Assembly (NCBI GenBank): GCA_019244395.1
Contig: JAFASQ010000019.1
Coordinates: 1,118-65,117, forward strand
Direction: 5' to 3'
DNA from: Solirubrobacterales bacterium
GTDB lineage: Bacteria; Actinomycetota; Thermoleophilia; Solirubrobacterales; Solirubrobacteraceae
Length of the DNA: 64,000 nucleotides
Positions 36,841 through 46,048 of the stretch are shown here, piece after piece. The number at the start of each line of letters is the position of its first letter. The stretch's first letter is position 1. The translations under genes and the position numbers were made by a program. A model generated the notes under the pieces. That model was not told the origin of the DNA and did no database searches. It was given only the letters and a program-made list of their open reading frames with translations.

Positions 36841-38904
36841 TTAGAACGCAGTGGCCAGCGCCACCGGCACGATGCGCGCGGCCCCCGCGCGGCGCAGCTG
36901 CCCGCCGACCATGGCCAGCGTCCACCCCGACATGCGGCGGTCATCGAGGAGTACGCCCGTCCCTGGCGGCGGCGCGGCCACCACGCGGAAAGCGCCTCGC
37001 ACGTTGGCCACCTGCTGCGCCGCGTTGGCCATATCGCGCTGGGGCGGACGTTCGGCGGCGCGGTCCACGAGGCGTACGAATGGGACACCAAGGCGACGGC
37101 CCAGCCGCTCCACCGCGTCGCTCAGCCGCACCGAGGGCACGCACGTCACCCAGTCGGCGCCCGCGGCGCGGAGGAGATCGGCCACGGCGGCCACCACGTC
37201 GTCTTCGAACTCCCCTGCGCGCAGACCACGCTCGACGGCCGGCCACCAGCCACCGTCGCCGAACCGCGCGAGCGCCCACCCGGGCTCGACGCGCACGTCC
37301 TCGGGGATCTTGCGCATCGTCCCGCCCGCGTCCGGCGCCATCTTCTTGACCTCGAGTTCGATCGGGGTTGAGCGCAGATGCCGGCCTGCGGCCTCGACCA
37401 ACGCGGGATCGAGCGGTATGGCGAAGCGAGGACCGGCGCACGCCGAACAGCGCCCGCAGTCGGCCGGCTCGGGGTCATCCAACTCCTCCTGGAGAACGCG
37501 CATGAGACAGCGCCCGTCCGATCCGAACGCGGCCATGGCCCGCTGCTCGGCGCGCCGGAGCGCGGTCACGGCCGCGTAGCGCTCTCCGTCATAGGTCCAA
37601 GATGCGTCAGCTACCAACTTCCAGCGGGTACCGGCGCGAACGACTGCGCCCTCGACGTCGAGGATCTTCAGCATGGCCTCGATCCGCCCGGCGCCGAGGT
37701 TCACCACGGCCATCAACTCGCGGGTCGTGCGTCCGCGGTCGCCGGCCTGCTCGAGCTCGCCCAGAACCGCCATGACGTGCTCGCGGACGGGAAACGCCTG
37801 CTCGATGAAGAAGTCCTGGATCCGCCGGTCCTCGCCGCCGCGGAGCAGAACGATGTCGGCGTGATCGACGCCGCGCCCGGCTCGCCCGATCTGCTGGTAG
37901 TACGCCACCACCGAGCCCGGTGCCTGATAGTGCACGACGAAGCTGAGGTCGGGCTTGTCGTAGCCCATGCCGAGCGCGGTGGTGGCGACGACGGCCTTGA
38001 TCTCGTTGCGCAAGAGCTGGTCCTCGATGGCGATCCGCGCTTCGGACTCGTGCTCCCCGGTGTAGGAGACCGCGTCGATCCCGCGGCCGCACAAAAAGCC
38101 GGCCACCTGCTCGGCGTCGCGCTTGGTGAGGGTGTAGACGATGCCCGAACCGGGCAGGCGGGGCAGGTTGGCGGCCAGCCAGGCCAGGCGCTGCGCGGGT
38201 TGCGCCAGCTCCAGCACCTCGAGGCGCAGGCTGGCGCGCGCCAGCGGTCCGCGGTAGGCACGAAGCGGTCGCCCGTCGCCGTCGGCCAGCTGAGACACCA
38301 CGTCCGCGACCACACGATCGTTGGCCGTCGCGGTGGTGCCGAGCACCGCGACGCCCGGGTCCAGCGCATCGAGCATGTCCTTCACGCGCCGGTAATCGGG
38401 ACGGAAGTCGTGGCCCCAGTCCGAGATGCAATGCGCCTCGTCGATCACGAGCAGGCCGACCGAGGCGGCGAACAGCGGCAGCATCTCCCGGCGGAACCCC
38501 TGGTTGTTGAGCCGCTCGGGACTGATCAGCAGCAGGTCGATGCTGTCCGCGGCCAGCCGCTCGCGCACGTCGTCCCACTCGTCGCGATTGGTGCTGTTGA
38601 TCGTGTGGGCCCGCAGGCCGAGGCGCCCGGCGGCGGCGATCTGGTTGCGCATCAGCGCCAGCAACGGGCTGACGATCAGGGTCGGGCCCGCGCCTGCCCC
38701 GCGCAGCAGCGCGGTGGCGACGAAGTACACGGCTGACTTGCCCCAGCCCGTCCGCTGCACGCAGAGCACGCGGGCGCGGTCCTCGACCACGTCGCGGATC
38801 GCCTCGAGTTGGCCGTCGCGGAACTCAGCGGCGCCGTCGCCGGTCAGCGTCCGGAGCCGCTCCAGAGCGATGGTGGAGAAAGTGTCGGGGCGAGTCGTCA
38901 GCAC
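36841..38904 (-). CDS. RecQ-family helicase with C-terminal PRTase-like module (RqlH-like)
   Basis: QRTGWGKS, SPLLALMRNQ, DEAHCISDWGHDFRPDY, ATTALGMG.DKPD, YYQQIGRAGR, CGRCSAC, tail VLLDDRRMSGWT. Confidence 0.9.
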   Translation of the reverse strand: MLTTRPDTFSTIALERLRTLTGDGAAEFRDGQLEAIRDVVEDRARVLCVQRTGWGKSAVYFVATALLRGAGAGPTLIVSPLLALMRNQIAAAGRLGLRAHTINSTNRDEWDDVRERLAADSIDLLLISPERLNNQGFRREMLPLFAASVGLLVIDEAHCISDWGHDFRPDYRRVKDMLDALDPGVAVLGTTATANDRVVADVVSQLADGDGRPLRAYRGPLARASLRLEVLELAQPAQRLAWLAANLPRLPGSGIVYTLTKRDAEQVAGFLCGRGIDAVSYTGEHESEARIAIEDQLLRNEIKAVVATTALGMGYDKPDLSFVVHYQAPGSVVAYYQQIGRAGRGVDHADIVLLRGGEDRRIQDFFIEQAFPVREHVMAVLGELEQAGDRGRTTRELMAVVNLGAGRIEAMLKILDVEGAVVRAGTRWKLVADASWTYDGERYAAVTALRRAEQRAMAAFGSDGRCLMRVLQEELDDPEPADCGRCSACAGPRFAIPLDPALVEAAGRHLRSTPIELEVKKMAPDAGGTMRKIPEDVRVEPGWALARFGDGGWWPAVERGLRAGEFEDDVVAAVADLLRAAGADWVTCVPSVRLSDAVERLGRRLGVPFVRLVDRAAERPPQRDMANAAQQVANVRGAFRVVAAPPPGTGVLLDDRRMSGWTLAMVGGQLRRAGAARIVPVALATAF

Positions 38905-39176
38905 TCGTTCATAGAGTCGCAGGCGCCCCGGAAATCACCCTGCCGCGACGACCCCCCGCTCCTCGGATCGAGCGAGAACGCGTGCATGACGCGACAACGC
39001 TCGGCCAGATCGGGGGGGTGTGGCGTCTCAGGATCCTCTGGTGTGCCTGATACGCCAATCCCCGGGGGAGAGCGAGCGTTGGCGCGTCAGGCACCCGCGG
39101 CGTCACCCCACGCGGGGGGCGAAGCGATCGGCGATGGGGGGAGGTGCGACCCCCGCCGGAGCTAGTGTGACAAGCC

Positions 39177-42100
39177 GTGCTGCACGTCCATCGAGCCGAA
39201 CGCGCGGACCGTCTCGCCGAGGGCCTGGCCGACACGCTGCGCTCGCCGCTCGAGGATCCGTTTACGCCGGACGTCGTCGCGGTGCCGACGCGCGGGGTCG
39301 AGCGCTGGCTCACGCAGACGCTCTCGACGCGCCTGGGAACGTCTGAAGGCGGCAAGGATGGGGTGTGCGCGAACGTGGACTTTCCGTTCCCGGGGAGGCT
39401 GATCCTAGCCGCGCTCGCCGCCGCCACCGGGATCGACCCCGAGAGCGACCCCTGGCCGGCTGAGCGATCGGTCTGGCCGCTGCTCGAGGTGGTCGACGAG
39501 TGCCTGGGGGAGCCGTGGCTGGCCGCGCTCGAGCAGCACCTGGCCGGCGCACGGGGGGGATCCGAGGAGCCGCCCCGGCGCCTTGCGGTGGTGCGTCACA
39601 TCGCCGATCTGTTCGATCGCTACGGGGTGCACCGGCCGGACATGCTCCGCTCCTGGGCGGCCGGCGGCGCTGGCGCGGCCGGTGGCGCTGGCGCGGCCGG
39701 CGCGGTTGGCGGGGCCGGCGCGGCTGGCATTGGGTGGCAGGCCGAGCTGTGGCGCCGGCTCCGGCAGCGCATCGGCCAGCCGAGCCCGGCGGAGCGACTA
39801 AGTGACGCGTGCGCCCGGATCGGTGCCGACCCTGCCGTGCTCGATCTCCCGGAGCGGCTCTCGCTGTTCGAGCTGACGCGGATGCCGCGCTCCTATCTCG
39901 ACGTGCTGGCCGCCGTCGCCGCGGACCGCGAGGTGCATCTGTTCGTCCTGCATCCCTCTCCGTCACTGTGGCGCCGGGTCGCCGGCGAGCTGGGACGGGG
40001 GCCGGGGATCACGAGGCGGGCCGCCGACCGGACGGCCGAGCTGCCGGTCAACCGGCTGCTCGCCTCGTGGGGCCGGGACGTACGCGAGCTCCAACTCGTG
40101 CTCGCCAACACCGGCGAGAGCCTCGACCACCACCACGCGGTGCCCTCGGCCGGAGCCGACAGCCTGCTCTCGATGATCCAGCGAGACATCCGCGAGGACC
40201 GCCAGCCACCAGGGTCGCCGCTGTCAGGCGAACTCGACCTGCGACCGCTGCTGGCCGGCGAGGACCGGAGCGTCCAGATCCACGCCTGTCACGGCCGCGC
40301 CCGCCAGGTCGAGGTCCTGCGCGACGCGGTGCTCCACCTGCTCGAGGACGACCCGACGCTCGAGCCGCGTGACGTGATCGTGATGTGCCCTGACATCGAG
40401 ACGTTCGCGCCGCTCATCCAGGCCACGTTCGGGGTGGGCGGGACGGCCAGCGGCGAGGACGACGACCAGGGCGTTCCGGGGGCGGAACGGCTGCCGGATC
40501 TTCGCGTCAGGCTTGCCGACCGCTCACTGCGGCAGACCAACCCGGTTCTGGGCGTCGTCAGCGGACTGCTCGCGCTCGCTGATCAGCGGGCCACGGCATC
40601 GCAGCTCCTCGACCTAGCGGCGCGTGAGCCCGTGCGCCGGCGCTTCGGCTTCGACGATGACGACCTGTCCCGGATGCAGGACTGGGTTGCCGCGAGCGGG
40701 ATCCGCTGGGGCTTCGATGCCCCGCACCGGGAGCCTTTCCGGCTCGGGACGGTCAGCGCCAACACGTGGCGCCGGGGCCTCGATCGCGTGCTGGCCGGCG
40801 TCGCGATGACCGAGGAGGATCGGCCGCTCGTCGGTGGGGTGCTTCCCCTGGATGACGTCGAGAGCGGCGCGATTGATCTCGCCGGGCGCTTTGCCGAGTT
40901 CGTCGGCCGGGTGCAGGCGGCGGTCGACGCGCTGTCGGACGCCAAGCCGATCGATGCTTGGAGCGAGGCCATCGCCGGCGCCGCGGCGGCGCTCACGGCC
41001 ACGAGCGACCGGGAGTCCTGGCAGCGACGCGAGCTCGAGCGCCTCCTCGACGACGTCCGGACCGAGTCCGAGGGCGGGATTGCATCAGGGGCCACGACGC
41101 TCGAGCTGGCCGATGCTCGCGCGCTGTTGGCCGACCGTCTGCGCGGGCGTCCCACGCGGGCCAACTTCCGCACCGGCCATCTGACCGTGTGCACGCTGGT
41201 GCCGATGCGCTCGGTCCCGCACCGCGTGGTCTGCATCCTCGGGCTCGACGACGGCGAGTACCCGCGGCGCACTCGGCGCGACGGCGACGACCTGATGCTG
41301 GCCGAGCCGCACGTCGGCGACCGCGACCCCCGCGCCGAGGACCGCCAGATGCTGCTCGACGCGCTGCTCGCCGCGACCGAGCGGCTGATCATCACCTACA
41401 CCGGCAACGATGAGCGGACGAACGTGCGCCGGCCGCCGGCGGTGCCGGTCGGCGAGCTGCTCGACGTCATCGAGCGCACCGTCCAGTGTCCGGACGGCCC
41501 GGCGCGCGACCGCGTCGTCGTCCACCACCCGCTGCAGCCGTTCGATCCGCGGAACTTCACCGCGGGCAAGCTTGTCCCCGGCCGGCCGTGGGGCTTCGAC
41601 CCGCAGGCGCTGGCCGGGGCGCAAGCGATGAAGCGCCAGCGGCCGGACCCCACGCCGTTCCTGGCCGCACCGCTCCCGCCGCGGAACGAGCCAGTTGTCG
41701 AACTCGACAGCCTCGTCCGGTTCGTCGAGCATCCAATCCGGGCGCTCCTGCGCGACCGGCTCGGAATCAGCGTCAGCGAGTACTTCGACGAGGTGGCCGA
41801 TGCGATGCCCGTCGAGCTCGATCCGCTCGGTGAGTGGGCGGTCGGCCAGCGACTGCTCGAGGGGGTGCTGGCCGGGGCGGAGCTGAAGGTGTGCATGCAA
41901 GCCGAGATCGCCCGCGGCGAGCTCCCGCCGGGCGAGCTCGCGCGGCCTGCGCTGGCGCGTATCGGCGCCGTCGTCGGCCAGCTGGCGGCGGCGGCCGACG
42001 AGCTGACCGGAGGGTCTCCCAGCTCGGTCGACGTCAACCTTGCGTTAGCGGACGGGCGCACGCTGGCCGGCACGGTCACCGGCGTGTCCGGCGAGGTGAT

Positions 42101-42659
42101 CCGCACGATCTCCTATTCGCGGGTCCGCCCCCGCGACCGGCTGCGCGCCTGGGTGAGGCTGCTCGCGCTGAGCGCGGCGCACCCCGAGCGTCCGCTCGAG
42201 TCGGTAGTCATCGGACGCGTCCGGCCCGGCGTTCGCGGCGCCGGCGTGACCGTCGCCCGGATCCTGCCGCTGGCGGACGCTCCGGACGCCCGGAGGGGGG
42301 CTGCGCTCGAGCATCTCGCCGTCCTGGTCGACCTCTACGACCGCGGCATGCGCGAGCCGCTGCCCCTGGCCTGCGAGGCATCCGCCGCCTACGCCCAGGC
42401 CACGGCGAACGGCGATGACGGCGAGGCCGCGGGCCGGGGGGCCTGGGAGACCGCGTACCGCTACGAGAAAGAGGATCGCCAGCCGGAGCACGTGCTGGTC
42501 TACGGCGAACCCATCCCGTTTGCGCGGCTGGCGGCGCAGGCGCCGCGAGACGATGAACGAGGCGCGGCCTGGGACGAGGCCGAGCACACCCGGTTCGGGC
42601 GCTACGCAATGCGGCTGTGGCGAGGGTTGTTGGCGGTCGAGATGCTCAGCGACCGATGA
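39177..42659 (+). CDS. recC: Exodeoxyribonuclease V gamma chain
   Basis: MLHVHRAERADRLAEGL, RWLTQTLS...GVCANVDFPFP, HGRARQVEVL, VMCPDIETFAP, LVPMRSVPHRV, DPRAEDRQ. Confidence 0.95.
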   Translation: MLHVHRAERADRLAEGLADTLRSPLEDPFTPDVVAVPTRGVERWLTQTLSTRLGTSEGGKDGVCANVDFPFPGRLILAALAAATGIDPESDPWPAERSVWPLLEVVDECLGEPWLAALEQHLAGARGGSEEPPRRLAVVRHIADLFDRYGVHRPDMLRSWAAGGAGAAGGAGAAGAVGGAGAAGIGWQAELWRRLRQRIGQPSPAERLSDACARIGADPAVLDLPERLSLFELTRMPRSYLDVLAAVAADREVHLFVLHPSPSLWRRVAGELGRGPGITRRAADRTAELPVNRLLASWGRDVRELQLVLANTGESLDHHHAVPSAGADSLLSMIQRDIREDRQPPGSPLSGELDLRPLLAGEDRSVQIHACHGRARQVEVLRDAVLHLLEDDPTLEPRDVIVMCPDIETFAPLIQATFGVGGTASGEDDDQGVPGAERLPDLRVRLADRSLRQTNPVLGVVSGLLALADQRATASQLLDLAAREPVRRRFGFDDDDLSRMQDWVAASGIRWGFDAPHREPFRLGTVSANTWRRGLDRVLAGVAMTEEDRPLVGGVLPLDDVESGAIDLAGRFAEFVGRVQAAVDALSDAKPIDAWSEAIAGAAAALTATSDRESWQRRELERLLDDVRTESEGGIASGATTLELADARALLADRLRGRPTRANFRTGHLTVCTLVPMRSVPHRVVCILGLDDGEYPRRTRRDGDDLMLAEPHVGDRDPRAEDRQMLLDALLAATERLIITYTGNDERTNVRRPPAVPVGELLDVIERTVQCPDGPARDRVVVHHPLQPFDPRNFTAGKLVPGRPWGFDPQALAGAQAMKRQRPDPTPFLAAPLPPRNEPVVELDSLVRFVEHPIRALLRDRLGISVSEYFDEVADAMPVELDPLGEWAVGQRLLEGVLAGAELKVCMQAEIARGELPPGELARPALARIGAVVGQLAAAADELTGGSPSSVDVNLALADGRTLAGTVTGVSGEVIRTISYSRVRPRDRLRAWVRLLALSAAHPERPLESVVIGRVRPGVRGAGVTVARILPLADAPDARRGAALEHLAVLVDLYDRGMREPLPLACEASAAYAQATANGDDGEAAGRGAWETAYRYEKEDRQPEHVLVYGEPIPFARLAAQAPRDDERGAAWDEAEHTRFGRYAMRLWRGLLAVEMLSDR
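39660..39728 (+). repeat. 18-bp in-frame tandem repeat (Gly/Ala tract) inside recC
   Basis: GCCGGCGGCGCTGGCGCG, three full units plus a partial, encoding AGGAGAAGGAGAAGAVGGAGAAG. Confidence 0.8.
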
Positions 42660-45600
42660 GCCTCGTCTACGCGTATGCCGAATTTGACCTCTGCGGTCCG
42701 TTGCCGTCCGGCGTGACCGTGCTCGAAGCCAGCGCCGGGACGGGCAAGACGTACACGGTTGCCGCGCTGGCCGCGCGCTATGTGGCCGAAGGCACGCCGC
42801 TCGATCGTCTGCTCCTGATCACGTTCACGCGGATCGCGACCGGCGAGCTGCGCGACCGGGTGCGCGAGCGCCTGGTGCGGTGCGAGCAGCAGCTCTCGTC
42901 GATCCTTGACGGCGGCCCCGACCCCGGGAGCGATCCGATCCTCACGCTGCTGGCGACGGGGACCGAGGAGGAGGTGCGCTGCCGGCGCGACCGGCTGGCC
43001 GGCGCCGTGGCCGACTTCGACGCGGCGACGATCGCCACCACGCACGGCTTCTGCCAAGAGGTGCTGGCCGAGCTCGGCACGATCGGCGATCTCGACCGAG
43101 AGACGGAGTTTGTCGAGGACGTCTCGGAGCTGCTCGAGGAAACGCTTGACGATCTGTACGTGAGGCGCTTTGGGCCGCGAAGCGGCGGCCCGGCCAAGTT
43201 CACCCGCGCCGAGGCGCTGCAGATCGCGCGAGCGGCCGTGGAGAACCCGATGTCCGGCCTCGAGCCGCGCGACGAGCCGCATGACAGCACCGCGGCGATG
43301 CGCTATCGGCTGGCCGTCCGGATATGCCAGGAGCTCGAGCAGCGCAAGCGGCGGATGGCCATCATGACCTACGACGACCTGCTGACACGGCTGAGGGACA
43401 TCCTGCGCGGTCCAAATGCCGGGGCGGCGAAGGAGCGTCTGCGCACCCGCTACGACGTCGTCCTGGTCGACGAGTTCCAAGACACGGACCCGATCCAGTG
43501 GCAGATCCTAGATCGCGCTTTCGGGAGCCAGGGGGTCACGCTCGTCCTGGTCGCCGATCCCAAGCAGGCGATTTACGCCTTCCGCGGCGCGGATGTATAC
43601 GCCTATCTCGTGGCCGCCGCCACCGCCCGGGAGCGCGCCACCCTGGGGGTCAACCGGCGCAGCGACCAGCCCCTGCTCGATGCCTTCGACGCGCTGTTCG
43701 CCGACGCGCGGCTCGGCCACCAGGACATCGTCTACCGGCGGGTCAGGGCGGCGCCGGCGCACCAGGAAGCGCGTCTGCATGGTGCGCCGGAGGACGCCGC
43801 GCTCCGCGTACGCGTCGTGCGCCGGGCCGAACCGAGCGTCGAGTTGACCAACTACGGATATGCCAGGGCGCCCTCCGCCCGGGCCCACGTCGCCCGCGAC
43901 CTGGCCGCCGACGTGGTCGGGCTGCTCTCCTCGGGAGCGACGCTCGAGCAGCGATCTCCAGACGGAGAGCCGACCGGCCACGAGGCGATCTGCCCCCGGC
44001 ACGTCGCCGTGCTGGTGCGCACGCACGCGAACGCCGAGCTGATCTGCGAGCAGCTGCAGGCCGCGCGGGTGCCCGCGGTCATCAACGGCGGCGGCAACGT
44101 GTTCGCCACCGTCACGGCCCGCGGCTGGCTGCGCCTGCTCGAGGCGCTCGAGCGCCCCGCCTCGACGATCCGCGCCCGGACCGCGGCGGGGACGCTGTTC
44201 CTCGGGTGGAGCGGCGAGCGCATCGCCACCGCGACCGAGGCGGAGTGGGAGGAGGTGCATCGACGTCTGCACCGCTGGAGCCGCATCCTGCGCGACAGCG
44301 GCGTCGCCGCGCTCACCGAGGCCATCACGGTCAGCGAGGAGCTGGCCGCGCGGGTCCTGGCCGAGACAGGAGGCGAGCGGCGGCTCACCGATCTGGAGCA
44401 TCTGGCTCAGCTGCTGCACCGAGCTGCCAGCGCCGAGCGGCTCGGGGTGACCGCGCTGCGCGGCTGGCTGGCCGAGCGAATCGCCGACGCCGGACGCGGG
44501 GACGCCGAGGACGAGCGAACCCGGCGGCTCGAGTCGGACGCCGAAGCGGTGCAGGTGCTGACCATCCACCGGAGCAAGGGCCTCGAGTTTCCCGTCGTCT
44601 ACTGCCCGTTCCTGTGGGAACCGAGCTACATCCCGCGTGAGCCCGAGCCGGTGTTCTTCCACGACCCCGCCACCGGCTTCCGGCGGACCGTCGACGTCGG
44701 CCTTGAGGGCCGTGCCTGGAGTGCCCACGTGCGCCGGCATCGCGACGAGCAGCGGGGCGAGGACCTGAGGCTCGCTTACGTGGCGCTGACCCGCGCCAAG
44801 CACCAGGCGGTGATCTGGTGGGCGGGCTCGTACGACAGCCGCCACTCTCCGCTCGGGCGCCTCCTGTTCGCCAAGGGACCGGAGGGGGACATCGCCCCGG
44901 AGGGAAGGTCAACCCCCGCCGACGACGCCGCTGAGGAGCGCTTCGCCGACCTGGCCGGGCAGGCCCCGGGCCGCATCAGCATCGAGCGATCGGCCCTCGG
45001 CTTGCCGACCACCTGGAGCCCGCCCGTCGAGCCACCGGTCGATCTCGCGGCGGCGCGGTTCGATCGGCACCTGGACCTGTGGTGGCGGCGCACCTCCTAC
45101 AGCGACATCACCGCCGAGGCGCACGAGCCGCTGGTGGCGAGCGAGCCCGAGCAGCCGGGGCTGAGCGACGAGCCCGAGGCGCCGGCGCCGGTTCCCGTGG
45201 GGCCAGGGCAGGTCGGCGCGGGGGATGCGATGGCCGATCTCGGCCGCTCCTCGCCGCTCGGGGCGATGCCGGTGGGCGTCGCGTTCGGGACGTTCGTGCA
45301 CTCCGTCCTCGAGGCCACCGACTTCGCCGCCGCCGACCTCGACGCGGAGCTCGCGGAGCGCGTCGCGGCGGCGCAGCTGCGCCGCCCGCTGGAGCTGGGC
45401 GCGCCCGGCGTGATCGTCGAAGGGCTGCGGGCCGCGATCGACACGCCGGTCGGTCCGCTCCTGGCCGGGAGGCGGCTGCGCGACATTTCACGCCGCGACC
45501 GGCTGGATGAGCTCGAGTTTGAGCTGCCGCTGGTCGGTGGCGACGAGCCCAGCGGCCGGCTCACCGTGCGGGCGATCGCCGAGGTGCTCCGCAGGCAGCT

Positions 45601-46048
45601 GCCGCCCGAGGATCCGATGGCGGGATACGCCGCGCGGCTCGAGGATCCGTCGCTGCGCGCGCAGGTACGCGGCTTTCTCACCGGCAGCATCGATCTGGTC
45701 ATCCGGGTCGACGGTCCCCGGTTCGCGATTGCCGACTATAAGACCAACTGGCTCGGACCGGCTGACGAGCCGCTGCTGCTGGCCCACTACCGCCCCGACG
45801 CCGTCGCCGAGGAGATGAGCCGCGCTCACTACGGGCTGCAGGCCCTGCTCTACACGGTGGCGCTGCACCGCTACCTGCGCTGGCGGCTGCACGGGTATGA
45901 CCCGGATCAGCATCTGGCCGGCGTGCTCTACCTGTTCGTGCGCGGGATGGCCGGTGACCCGGGCCACGGGGTGTTCGCGTGGCATCCACCCGGGGCGCTG
46001 GTCAGGTGTCTCAGCGACGTGCTGAGCGGAGCTGGGGTTTCCGCGTGA
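42656..46048 (+). CDS. recB: Exodeoxyribonuclease V beta chain
   Basis: LEASAGTGKT, TFTRIAT, VDEFQDTD, DPKQAIYAFRGAD, TIHRSKGLEFP, YVALTRA, nuclease GSIDLV...DYKTN; ATGA overlap with recC. Confidence 0.95.
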   Translation: MSLVYAYAEFDLCGPLPSGVTVLEASAGTGKTYTVAALAARYVAEGTPLDRLLLITFTRIATGELRDRVRERLVRCEQQLSSILDGGPDPGSDPILTLLATGTEEEVRCRRDRLAGAVADFDAATIATTHGFCQEVLAELGTIGDLDRETEFVEDVSELLEETLDDLYVRRFGPRSGGPAKFTRAEALQIARAAVENPMSGLEPRDEPHDSTAAMRYRLAVRICQELEQRKRRMAIMTYDDLLTRLRDILRGPNAGAAKERLRTRYDVVLVDEFQDTDPIQWQILDRAFGSQGVTLVLVADPKQAIYAFRGADVYAYLVAAATARERATLGVNRRSDQPLLDAFDALFADARLGHQDIVYRRVRAAPAHQEARLHGAPEDAALRVRVVRRAEPSVELTNYGYARAPSARAHVARDLAADVVGLLSSGATLEQRSPDGEPTGHEAICPRHVAVLVRTHANAELICEQLQAARVPAVINGGGNVFATVTARGWLRLLEALERPASTIRARTAAGTLFLGWSGERIATATEAEWEEVHRRLHRWSRILRDSGVAALTEAITVSEELAARVLAETGGERRLTDLEHLAQLLHRAASAERLGVTALRGWLAERIADAGRGDAEDERTRRLESDAEAVQVLTIHRSKGLEFPVVYCPFLWEPSYIPREPEPVFFHDPATGFRRTVDVGLEGRAWSAHVRRHRDEQRGEDLRLAYVALTRAKHQAVIWWAGSYDSRHSPLGRLLFAKGPEGDIAPEGRSTPADDAAEERFADLAGQAPGRISIERSALGLPTTWSPPVEPPVDLAAARFDRHLDLWWRRTSYSDITAEAHEPLVASEPEQPGLSDEPEAPAPVPVGPGQVGAGDAMADLGRSSPLGAMPVGVAFGTFVHSVLEATDFAAADLDAELAERVAAAQLRRPLELGAPGVIVEGLRAAIDTPVGPLLAGRRLRDISRRDRLDELEFELPLVGGDEPSGRLTVRAIAEVLRRQLPPEDPMAGYAARLEDPSLRAQVRGFLTGSIDLVIRVDGPRFAIADYKTNWLGPADEPLLLAHYRPDAVAEEMSRAHYGLQALLYTVALHRYLRWRLHGYDPDQHLAGVLYLFVRGMAGDPGHGVFAWHPPGALVRCLSDVLSGAGVSA

